A DNA stretch of 10,998 bases from Promethearchaeota archaeon (lineage in GTDB: Archaea > Asgardarchaeota > Lokiarchaeia > Sigyniarchaeales > SOKP01): contig JAHLWH010000116.1 of NCBI GenBank assembly GCA_019058015.1, forward strand, positions 1 through 10,998, in the 5' to 3' direction. Shown here piece after piece: positions 1 to 7,605 of this stretch; within the stretch, counting starts at the first letter, position 1; every line of letters starts with the position of its first letter. The notes below the pieces were generated by a model. That model was not told the DNA's origin. It made no database searches and saw nothing but the letters and a program-made list of their open reading frames with translations. Both the position numbers and the translations under genes were made by a program.

Positions 1-1
1 A

Positions 2-1246
2 GAATTAGATTCGGATTACGATATTAATGAAGTGGAAAAGGACTTTACATATCTTGGGTTGGTTGGAATAATTGATCCGGCAAGAGATGAGGTGAAAGAT
101 TCGATAATGGAAGCAAGAAATGCAGGAATTAGAACAATTATGATTACGGGTGATCATAAAATTACGGCTATGGCGATCGCACATCAAATAGGTTTAACTG
201 AATCAGATGAAGCAATTACTGGTGTAGAATTAGAGGAGATGAATGACGATGAGCTACGAGAGAAAGTTAAAACGGTCGACATTTTTGCAAGAGTTACGTC
301 AGAACATAAATTAAGAATTTTAAGAAGATTAAAAGAACTAGATATGGTTGTATCTATGACTGGCGATGGAGTTAATGATGCTCCAGCTGTAAAAGGGGCG
401 CATGTTGGTGTTGCAATGGGAATAAAAGGTACAGAAGTTACCCAAGAAGCTTCAGAAATGATATTAATTGATGATAATTATTCAACAATTGTTAATGCAA
501 TAGAAGAAGGTAGAGGCATATTTGAAATAACTAAGGGTTTCTTTCGTTACATGCTAAGCACTAATTTTGATGAGATATTTATGATATTAGTAGCATATAT
601 TGTTATGAAATTATTTGTAAATGTATTTTTAGGACCTCCAGTTTTGCCAATACAAATTCTTTGGTTAAATATTGCAACAGATGGCATACCTGCAATGGTT
701 CTGGGATTAACTCCTACAGATCCCGATGTGATGAAACAGAAACCGCGAAAAGGTTATTCTTTAATAGAAGACATAAAAGGACCAGTTCTTTTTCTGGGAA
801 TTTACACATCTATTATTGATATTAGTCTTTATTTACTTCTATGGACATGGTTAATTCCTCTTTGGAGTACTATCGATCCTAACTTAGCAAATTATTTGAC
901 CGATCCTACCGCACAACAATATGCAATTACATTATCACAAACAGTATTATTTACCAGTTTAGTAATTTGCGAATTATTGTTTGTATTCACATGTACATCC
1001 AATATAAAACCATTTTATTTATTTCCAAATAAGCATTTATTTTGGGCCGTTGGATTATCTCTTGGATTACAAATGTTATTACTTTACACACCGTTAGGTC
1101 TTGCATTTCGTATTATGCCCTTAACACAATGGTATCATTGGGTTGTGGTTATAATTGCCGCATTTAGTATTTCCGTTGTTGATGAGTTGAGAAAATATAA
1201 ATTAAGAAGGAAACAGAGAAAAAATCTAAATTCTACAATTATCTAA
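2..1246 (+). CDS. P-type cation-transporting ATPase, type IIA (Ca2+-like), 5'-truncated by window edge
   Basis: Frame is open from base 2 (ELDSDYDINEVEK...). Motifs: DPAR, ITGD, FARVTSEHK, MTGDGVNDAPA, GVAMGIKGTEV, M6-like ILWLNIATDGIPA, followed by several hydrophobic C-terminal helices. Confidence 0.95.
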   Translation, partial: ELDSDYDINEVEKDFTYLGLVGIIDPARDEVKDSIMEARNAGIRTIMITGDHKITAMAIAHQIGLTESDEAITGVELEEMNDDELREKVKTVDIFARVTSEHKLRILRRLKELDMVVSMTGDGVNDAPAVKGAHVGVAMGIKGTEVTQEASEMILIDDNYSTIVNAIEEGRGIFEITKGFFRYMLSTNFDEIFMILVAYIVMKLFVNVFLGPPVLPIQILWLNIATDGIPAMVLGLTPTDPDVMKQKPRKGYSLIEDIKGPVLFLGIYTSIIDISLYLLLWTWLIPLWSTIDPNLANYLTDPTAQQYAITLSQTVLFTSLVICELLFVFTCTSNIKPFYLFPNKHLFWAVGLSLGLQMLLLYTPLGLAFRIMPLTQWYHWVVVIIAAFSISVVDELRKYKLRRKQRKNLNSTII

Positions 1247-1257
1247 TAACGAGATTA

Positions 1258-1266
1258 TTTTTTTTT
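1258..1266 (+). terminator. Oligo-T tract, possible archaeal terminator
   Basis: Run of 9 T just after the ATPase stop, in a convergent intergenic gap. Confidence 0.4.
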
Positions 1267-1362
1267 GTTAATTTTTATTATAATTTATTTCAAGATAATT
1301 AAATGGGAAATTTTTTGTCTTAAATAATAAATTGAAAATTCTAATAAACTAAATTTAGAAAT

Positions 1363-2441
1363 TCATAATAGAAATACTGGTTCTTTATCATCTGGAATTT
1401 CTTTAAAGAACATACCAATACCTAAAATCTTAAATGTATCTTGAACATTTATATTTTCTTTTGCAGAAGTTTCTATAAAGGAACATTTCAATTCAGCGGC
1501 TTTTTTTTCTCCGTCTTCAGTAGATACTTGTCTCTTATCCTCTAAATCAATTTTATTTCCAATTAAAACAAAAGGTATTTCGCCTATCTCACTTTTCGTA
1601 TCGTTATACCAGTAATCAACCCTCTCAAACGTTTCTTTTCTTGTAACGTCATATACAATAAACACAGCCTAAGTATTGGAATAATATGCATGTCTAACAC
1701 GATTGAAAAGCTCTTGACCTGCTAAATCATAAATTATGAATCTAATTAATGAATCTTTAAATCCTTGAATAAAATATTTCGTAGTAGTTATCGATATCCC
1801 AAGTGTTGGCCTATAATCTGCAGAATATTGTTTTTTAACAAATTGAGTCACAAGAGTTGTTTTTCCAACCCCCGAATCACCGAGAATTATTAGTTTAAAA
1901 AATTTTTCTTTCTTTTTTCTTTCTATCTGAAATTCATTGTCTCCTTTTTTTTCAGCCGCTTTCATCAAATCTCCTTCAAATGTTTCACCAATACCAAATT
2001 TAGGAATTGTTAAGGTATTATATTTTAAATCAAATTTATTTTCCAATATTTGGGCTACTTTCTCAACAAGTAAATAACAATAAGGTAAAGCAAATTTTGT
2101 ATCCAATGTGAAGTAGGTTATTATGAGAACAATTGCCTCTGGACCTGCCTCTAAGAAGATTAAACGATGATCTTTTGTTTAAATGTTATTAAACCTAATT
2201 CTCCAATTCTATAATCTTTAGATATTTTTCTTGACATCGGTTCAATTGAACTAAGAAATGCACCATAAATTTCTTCTCTCTCAGACTCCTCTAATCCATC
2301 ATCTAATAATTCAGACAAGGTGTATTTACTTATTAAAAGTCCTTGACGATTATAGATCATTATAGCATCTACTTCACTTATCACCTCAATAAAATTCTTC
2401 ATCAGTTCTAAAAGCAACTTTTCCTTCTGCAATACTTTCAT
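1363..2441 (-). pseudogene. Roadblock/longin-like domain fused to Rab-like small GTPase (~359 aa when joined), interrupted twice
   Basis: Three ORF-track pieces join. One extra base near 2171-2183 gives ...GLITFxTKDHRLIFLEAGPEAIVLII...; an in-frame TAG at 1669-1671 sits in HAYYSNT*AVFIVYDVT. G1 GDSGVGKT, G2 YRPTLG, G3 DLAGQE, G4 NKID and G5 ETSAK are all intact. N-terminus VDAIMIYNRQGLLIS is roadblock-like. Confidence 0.85.
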
Positions 2442-2672
2442 GTGAAACCTTCCAAGTAAATAATTATAACTTCATTTAATCCTAAAAATTTTTGTTTTGG
2501 TTTAAAATTTCAAATGGCTTCTAGTAAAAATTATTTTACTACATTCATCATCTAAATTATCTAATAAAAAATTTTATTAAAAAATCCAAAATTTTTAAGA
2601 TTTAAAATATTTATAAGATTTAAGTTAAAAAAAACATATTATCCTCAAGAAATAGAGCAAATTTGATTAATA

Positions 2673-3359
2673 ATGAGTAAAAGTTCAGAAATCATAAAAA
2701 ATTATTTAAGTCAAGGGAAAAAAGTATTAACAGAATTTGAATCTAAAGAACTATTGGAAAAAATTGGAATACCAATTACAAAACAAAAATTAACCTCCGA
2801 TAAAAATGATGTTGTGAGATTTGCCGATGAAATAGGTTATCCTGTTGTTATGAAACTCATGGCAGATGATGTTGTTCATAAGTCTGATGCTGGAGCTGTG
2901 AAACTAAATCTTCAAAATAAAGAAGAGATCGAAAAAAGTTTTGATGAATTAATGAATATCCCATCAAAATCAGAAAAAAAAATTAATATACAAAAAATGG
3001 CTGATGAACCTATTACTGAAATAATTATTGGTATGACAACAGATCCACAATTTGGTCCCGCTCTGATGTTTGGAATAGGAGGTATCTTAGTTGAATTACT
3101 GGAGGATGTCTCATTTCGAATTGCACCAATTGAAAAATTTGACGCAAATGAGATGATTCATGAAATAAAAGGTTTTCCTTTGCTTGATGGGTTCCGAGGT
3201 AAGCCAAAAGCCGACATAGACGCAATTATTGATGCTCTATTAAAGGTTTCTGATTTAGTTATTCAAAACCCCGAGATCTATGAGATGGATCTTAACCCTA
3301 TTTTTGTATATAACTCTGGGATAGTTTGCGTAGATGCCCGAATCATCTTAAAGGATTAA
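2673..3359 (+). CDS. acdB: Acetate--CoA ligase (ADP-forming) beta subunit, stand-alone ATP-grasp
   Basis: LTEFESKELL, IGYPVVMK, phospho-His motif VHKSDAGAV, DPQFGPALMFGIGG, DLNP, VDARI; 228 aa. Confidence 0.93.
   Translation: MSKSSEIIKNYLSQGKKVLTEFESKELLEKIGIPITKQKLTSDKNDVVRFADEIGYPVVMKLMADDVVHKSDAGAVKLNLQNKEEIEKSFDELMNIPSKSEKKINIQKMADEPITEIIIGMTTDPQFGPALMFGIGGILVELLEDVSFRIAPIEKFDANEMIHEIKGFPLLDGFRGKPKADIDAIIDALLKVSDLVIQNPEIYEMDLNPIFVYNSGIVCVDARIILKD
2938..3359 (+). repeat. Direct repeat copy 1 (acdB 3' part); copy 2 at 7184-7605
   Basis: Both copies begin GTTTTGATGAATTAATGA with an exact offset of 4246 bp and no indels. About 37 mismatches in 422 bp by manual count. Looser similarity continues ~50 bp past the stops (TATTTTTCCTAATTTT). 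Confidence 0.97.
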
Positions 3360-3527
3360 ATTTTATATTTTAATTTAAACTGTTTTTATTTTTCCTAATT
3401 TTTGTTTGTGAAGTAATTTAAAAGTTAATTTCAAGATTTTCATAAAAGAAATTAATTTTTTTCATCTCTTTTTGTTATTAAATTTAAGTTTTGAAATAAA
3501 TTGAATGTTTTGACAATTATCCTTTAA

Positions 3528-3614
3528 CAGTTACTTAAAATCTGGACATCTTTAGATATCCTCTTTATTTGACCTGTAACTGAAGGTCATAACCGCCCCA
3601 TATAGGGATAGTCA
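3528..3614 (-). ncRNA. Candidate TnpB omega-RNA (right-end RNA) scaffold with pseudoknot
   Basis: Directly 3' of the tnpB remnant on the minus strand: stem UGACUAUCCC/GGGGCGGUUA (3590-3614), hairpin UGACCU-UCAGUUAC-AGGUCA (3570-3589), hairpin GGAUAUC-UAAA-GAUGUCC (3544-3561), and GUAACUG (3528-3534) complementary to the hairpin loop. The 5' end may extend into tnpB. Confidence 0.65.
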
Positions 3615-3839
3615 ATTTGATTTTATATTATATATATTATTGTTCCGGTATTTCACAATGTTTCTTGACGCATTTAAATCGGAGTCCAATTTTAAACCGC
3701 AATAGGGACAGGAGAATCGTTTACCTGTTCTGGAACCGATCTTTCCGCAACAAGAACATCTCTATGATGTATATTTTACCGGTACTTTTTGAAATTTAAT
3801 GGAGTTTAAATCGCATTGAAGTTTATATATATACCAGTT
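3612..3839 (-). pseudogene. tnpB: TnpB (IS200/IS605 or IS607 family RNA-guided nuclease) C-terminal remnant
   Basis: Manual translation: NWYIYKLQCDLNSIKFQKVPVKYTS*RCSCCGKIGSRTGKRFSCPYCGLKLDSDLNASRNIVKY... This matches the TnpB YTSQxCxxCG...FxCxxCG...DxDxNAxxNI zinc ribbon/RuvC-III signature. TAG at 3762-3764 replaces the usual Gln and the N-terminal part is missing. Confidence 0.9.
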
Positions 3840-3870
3840 TCAAGGGAGGTTAAACTCTAAGCCCCCTTGA
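3840..3870. other. GC-rich imperfect hairpin at the tnpB truncation point
   Basis: TCAAGGG-AGGTTAAACTCTAAGCC-CCCTTGA: perfect 7-bp outer stem, extendable with GGTT/AGCC. Confidence 0.55.
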
Positions 3871-4073
3871 GCTGAATCAATTGATATTGAGCTTTAAATT
3901 ATGAATCAATACAAAATTAGAATAAATCATTAATATAAATACCGACCAAGAGAATTGAGAATAAGAGCCAAACCCCCATATAATTACGAATTATCTAGGA
4001 GATTTAAATGTTTCGTTTTTGATAATATAATTAAGGATCAAAAAATTTAGTACTTACAAAAAATTTAATAAAA

Positions 4074-4811
4074 TTGACCATAGAAGACACTAAAGAAATC
4101 ATAGGAATAGTTCGTAAATCAAAGTGGAATTCCGTAAGAGAGTTTTTAAAGAAAATTATTAGTCAGACTTTGGATCAAAAAATTGGTTATATTCTTGTTG
4201 CCTTTGATGTCCGAGTAAAAGGATCAAAGAAACTTATATTAAGTGATATCATTAAAAATCCAGACCAGATAAATATATTGGATAAAATTCAAGATTTCAG
4301 TATGATGTCCCTTTACCATTCGGATGGATTAACTCATAATCATCTTAATATAACTAAAGATGATGAAGTTATCATCGTTATAGCTAAGTATCTGGGAGGA
4401 AATATTAAATATTCTGGTCTTTTTGATTTTTCTATCCAAATAGATAGTTTCAATAATCCATTTTTCACAAATGCTTCGGGAAAAACTATTAATTGTGCAG
4501 ACATAATCAATCTTGTTAATCCAAATATCACAGAACATACTATGATTAATGAAAAGAAAAAAATAGATTTAGATTTGTTTGTATTTGAAAAGTTTTCAGG
4601 AAAAAAAGCTATTTGGGGTGTAAAAGAAACTAATTCATTTACAAAATGGAAGGAGAATGCCGAAAAAGAGTATAAAAAATTATTTGGTGAGAGAAAGATT
4701 GCATATCGGGAGGGTAAGATAACTAAAGATTTTAAAATTTTTCTTGAAGGATTCTTAGATGGAAGAAAAATATCAGAAATTTTATTAAAAAGACTTTTTA
4801 AAAATAAATAA
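4074..4811 (+). CDS. Hypothetical protein, 245 aa, with two ~25-aa C-terminal repeats
   Basis: Long open frame in AT-rich DNA with a TTG start (uncertain). Repeats FEKFSGKKAIWGVKETNSFTKW and YKKLFGERKIAYREGKITKDFKIF. Confidence 0.8.
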   Translation: MTIEDTKEIIGIVRKSKWNSVREFLKKIISQTLDQKIGYILVAFDVRVKGSKKLILSDIIKNPDQINILDKIQDFSMMSLYHSDGLTHNHLNITKDDEVIIVIAKYLGGNIKYSGLFDFSIQIDSFNNPFFTNASGKTINCADIINLVNPNITEHTMINEKKKIDLDLFVFEKFSGKKAIWGVKETNSFTKWKENAEKEYKKLFGERKIAYREGKITKDFKIFLEGFLDGRKISEILLKRLFKNK

Positions 4812-4896
4812 GAATGGGATATAAATTATCTGAGGAAAAAGGCAATATATTAAGGTTAATTTACATTTCAATCGTCAAACTTATCTCAACATAAAA

Positions 4897-4917
4897 GATG
4901 TGGGTGGCACCAACATC
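4897..4917. other. GC-rich hairpin
   Basis: GATGT-G-GGT-GGC-ACC-A-ACATC: 8-bp stem with one mismatch, 15 bp before the radical SAM fragment. Confidence 0.45.
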
Positions 4918-4932
4918 ATTATATAATTTTAA

Positions 4933-5112
4933 TCATTCATTTCATCTATCAATAAAGATATTCCTTATAGTTTGTTAGTTTTTCATCCTGACTATATGAT
5001 GAGGGATTTGCCCATTACCCCAAGAAAACAAGCATTCGAGTGTTTGGAAATCGCTCAAAAATATTTAAATAATGTTCATCTAGGAAATCAATTTCTTCTT
5101 AAATTTCAGTAA
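4933..5112 (+). pseudogene. 3' fragment of an archaeal PFL-activase-like radical SAM gene
   Basis: Start-less 59-codon frame SFISSINKDIPYSLLVFHPDYMMRDLPITPRKQAFECLEIAQKYLNNVHLGNQFLL. It resembles, from memory, the IPYSLLxFHPxxxMxDLP...VxIGNxxLL C-terminus of this family. Preceded by TAA at 4930-4932; no CxxxCxxC motif. Confidence 0.75.
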
Positions 5113-5145
5113 ATTATGAGAATATCAAAAATTTATTTAGAGTTT

Positions 5146-5577
5146 TTATATATTTTCTGGAATCGGATCTATTACTTCAATTTCTGTAATTTGCTTAAAA
5201 GATTTATCATGAGTGCAAATTTTTTTAATATTATAACTCTTTAAAAATGAAATAATAGTTGCATCCCGACCACCTATGCCTAAATGGGAATAGTTGCATA
5301 ATTCAGAAAAAATTGAATCTAAATCCTCAAAATTTAAATTTTCATAATACAGAGCCATAGTTGAAAATAACTCCCACTTCTTTTTTGCAAAGGGAACTCC
5401 AAGTCTTTTTACAAGATAATGTATAACTTCGATCATTACGATTAAATTTACTGCCAAAATAGATGTTTCATAAATCTCGCTAAAGTAATTTTTAATATAT
5501 GGATGTTCTGGAGTAGTTTCATCAAAAAGATAAATCCAAAAATTACTATCAAGGAAAATTATCCTTTCATATTCCAT
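5146..5577 (-). CDS. vapC: PIN-domain VapC-family toxin
   Basis: Four acidic PIN positions in FLDSNFW, MIEVIHY, GGRDATI and THDKSF; 143 aa; overlaps the upstream antitoxin. Confidence 0.92.
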   Translation of the reverse strand: MEYERIIFLDSNFWIYLFDETTPEHPYIKNYFSEIYETSILAVNLIVMIEVIHYLVKRLGVPFAKKKWELFSTMALYYENLNFEDLDSIFSELCNYSHLGIGGRDATIISFLKSYNIKKICTHDKSFKQITEIEVIDPIPENI

Positions 5578-5816
5578 ATTTTTTTAATCGACTCTGGTGT
5601 AACAGGTTCCTTTGAGGGAGTTTTAATACATCCTACTAATTCCTTAAAAATTAATTCCTTAGAAGGTTTCTTTCGTAAAAGAATTCCTTCAGAAGTATTT
5701 ATAATTATTAATTTATCACTTGGTTTTATTTTTAATTTTTCACGAATCCTAGCTGGAATTGTAAATCTTCCTCTTTCATCAATTTCAATTTGACCCATAT
5801 TTTTACCCATACCCAT
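5559..5816 (-). CDS. AbrB/MazE/SpoVT-family antitoxin (VapB-type)
   Basis: IDERGRFTIPARIREKLKIKPSDKL swapped-hairpin signature. True start may be the ATG at 5798. Confidence 0.92.
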   Translation of the reverse strand: MGMGKNMGQIEIDERGRFTIPARIREKLKIKPSDKLIIINTSEGILLRKKPSKELIFKELVGCIKTPSKEPVTPESIKKIWNMKG

Positions 5817-5840
5817 AATATAACCCCCCAGATATTTAAA
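5793..5840 (-). promoter_or_regulatory. vapBC promoter: TATA box plus three ATGGGT direct repeats (possible operator)
   Basis: Minus-strand TTTAAATA at 5833-5840; ATGGGT at 5811-5816, 5805-5810 and 5793-5798. Confidence 0.5.
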
Positions 5841-6045
5841 TTTTTTGGATTTTAATGAAATTTTTCAAAATTTAATATTTACTTGAGATTCATATATAGT
5901 TAGCAAAAATAATAAATTCCATAAAAATTAATATCATTTGATAATATCATTAAACTCTTTATAGTTTTTACTTTATAGAAAATCTGTTGTCTTGTTAGAT
6001 TTAAAGATAAACTTTTCTTATTTATTATAAGGAAGAATTAATTTT

Positions 6046-6174
6046 GCATCGGGTCATCTCCGAGGGTATCCCTCAATTGTGGAAAAGAATTCTCATATCG
6101 GGAAAATAAAATGGAAAGTATTCCCAAATACTCTTATAGTGGATGGGATAGAGGCGTTCGGACTAACGCCACAA
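6046..6174. other. GC-enriched, hairpin-dense intergenic segment of unknown type
   Basis: GAGGG-TAT-CCCTC (6062-6074), AAGTATT-CCCA-AATACTC (6116-6133), GGCGTT-CGGACT-AACGCC (6153-6170), plus longer-range complements TATCCC/GGGATA and TTGTGG/CCACAA. Confidence 0.4.
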
Positions 6175-6303
6175 ATAATCTGTCAAAATCTGTTTGATAA
6201 TATTATTTGAAATAATTTGTATATAATTTTATTCATTTTAATAGTCTGACCAACTATATTTCTATAAAAAACTTGACTTCTAATCAGAAATATTTAAAAA
6301 AAA

Positions 6304-6747
6304 CTACAAGTTAATTTTCCAACCTTGCTCTAATTTTTGGATTTTATTTTTTTCCAAGAGATTATTAATATATTTTTTGTATTTCTTTCCCTTACCTTTA
6401 TCATAGATGATAATTCCTGTTGAAATAGCTTCTAAAGCGATTAAATGGTGGTTAGTAATCATTATTTCAAATTCAGTTGGGCTGTATAAGAAGAAATCTA
6501 TACCACCTGATGTAATAAGTTGTATTTGATATAATCTATCAAAATAATCTTCTTTTAATGAGTTTGTAACAATTAAAAGATCTAAATCGCTTCTGTAATT
6601 AAATTTCCCCTTGGCAGAAGAGCCAAAAAGAATAATAAATTCCGCAGAATATAAATTAAAAAAACTTTCCAAAAATTCTTTTAAATTTTTTATTTTTGGG
6701 TGGTCTTTTAATTTTCTTTCAATTTCAGTTAATTTTATCTCTTGCAA
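6304..6747 (-). CDS. Minimal nucleotidyltransferase (MNT), partner of HEPN
   Basis: IILFGSSAKG...SDLDLLIV (GSx10DxD) plus third Asp in GIDFFLY; TTG start overlapping the HEPN stop. Confidence 0.92.
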   Translation of the reverse strand: MQEIKLTEIERKLKDHPKIKNLKEFLESFFNLYSAEFIILFGSSAKGKFNYRSDLDLLIVTNSLKEDYFDRLYQIQLITSGGIDFFLYSPTEFEIMITNHHLIALEAISTGIIIYDKGKGKKYKKYINNLLEKNKIQKLEQGWKINL

Positions 6748-7111
6748 AATCCATTACCTCGTTTGCAAATTTTATAGCGTCTTGTGCCTGCTTTTTTGAG
6801 AATTTTTCAGAAGGAAAACCACTCGTAAAGGCATCAGGATAACGTGTTGAAATGTAATATAAATTTAAAATTTTACAATTCAATTCAATTGATGGAGGAA
6901 TATCTACTGTTTTTTTCAATTCTTTCACCAAATCCACAAGATCATGACCCCACATAATAATATTAAATTTTTCACCAATCGCTTTAAATGCTTTTTCAGC
7001 AGTTTGCTGACCAAGAAAACAGCTCCACGCATAATTTCCAGAATTTAATAAATTCTTTGCGGCTCTTAAGTCAGATTCGGCTTGATTTAACCAATCTTGA
7101 CTTCTATCCAT
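6725..7111 (-). CDS. HEPN-domain protein (archaeal HEPN-MNT pair type)
   Basis: WLNQAESDL, SCFLGQQTAEKAFKA, GHDL, YISTRYPDA; purine-rich GGATGGAG just upstream of the ATG. Confidence 0.92.
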   Translation of the reverse strand: MDRSQDWLNQAESDLRAAKNLLNSGNYAWSCFLGQQTAEKAFKAIGEKFNIIMWGHDLVDLVKELKKTVDIPPSIELNCKILNLYYISTRYPDAFTSGFPSEKFSKKQAQDAIKFANEVMDFARDKIN

Positions 7112-7183
7112 TACTCCATCCTTAAATTTTTGCTTTAATTTAATTATGGTTTAAATGCTTTAAATTTTTAACTAAAAAGTGAG

Positions 7184-7605
7184 GTTTTGATGAATTAATG
7201 AGTATCCCATCAAAATCAGAAAAAAAAATTAATACACTCAAAATGGCTGATGAACCTATTACTGAAATAATTATTGGTATGACAACAGACCCTCAATTTG
7301 GTCCCGCTTTAATGTTTGGAATAGGAGGTATTTTGGTTGAATTACTGGAAGATGTCTCATTTAGAATTGCACCAATCGATAGATTTGACGCAAATGAGAT
7401 GATTCATGAAATAAAAGGATTTCCTTTGCTAGATGGATTCCGAGGCAAACCAAAAGCCGACATAGACGCAATAATTTATACTCTACTAAAGGTTTCTGAT
7501 TTAGTTATTCAAAATCCTGAGATTTATGAGATAGATCTTAACCCCATTTTTGTGTATAATTCTGGGATAGTTTATGTAGATGCCCGGATTATTTTAAAAG
7601 ATTAA
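7184..7605 (+). pseudogene. acdB: 5'-truncated second copy of acdB (direct repeat copy 2)
   Basis: 126/135 aa identical to the C-terminal part of 2673-3359. Lacks the N-terminal ~88 codons including the HKSD His; similarity stops abruptly at 7184. Confidence 0.9.

Larger units (their letters stand above)
3360..7183. mobile_element. Accessory/defence islet bounded by acdB direct repeats, no integrase seen
   Basis: Lies between the two acdB repeat copies and contains a tnpB remnant, two toxin-antitoxin pairs, gene fragments and an unknown ORF. Confidence 0.6.

Noticed and set aside
2177-2183. TTTAAAC slippery heptamer at the GTPase frameshift (minus strand)
   Set aside because: It is out of phase (TTT AAA C rather than T TTA AAC), and slipping there lands on TAA.
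3348-3356. TTAAAGGAT match between the putative guide and the acdB 3' end (also an 11-nt match near 5560)
   Set aside because: Too short and AT-rich to exceed chance.
1669-3764. Genome-wide TAG reassignment suggested by two in-frame TAGs (GTPase, tnpB)
   Set aside because: The MNT gene ends naturally at TAG (6304-6306) followed by oligo-T, tnpB is truncated anyway, and CAG>TAG is a common nonsense change. No intact gene here has an internal TAG.
3917-3979. Minus-strand 20-aa hydrophobic peptide MGVWLLFSILLVGIYINDLF
   Set aside because: Too short to support; hydrophobic frames arise easily in T-rich DNA.
3360-7183. Integron attC array or CRISPR array
   Set aside because: No recurring RYYYAAC...GTTRRRY sites, no regularly spaced repeats, and no integrase or cas gene seen.
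2938-7605. DGR template/variable repeat pair
   Set aside because: Mismatches are mostly third-position and not adenine-specific, and there is no reverse transcriptase.
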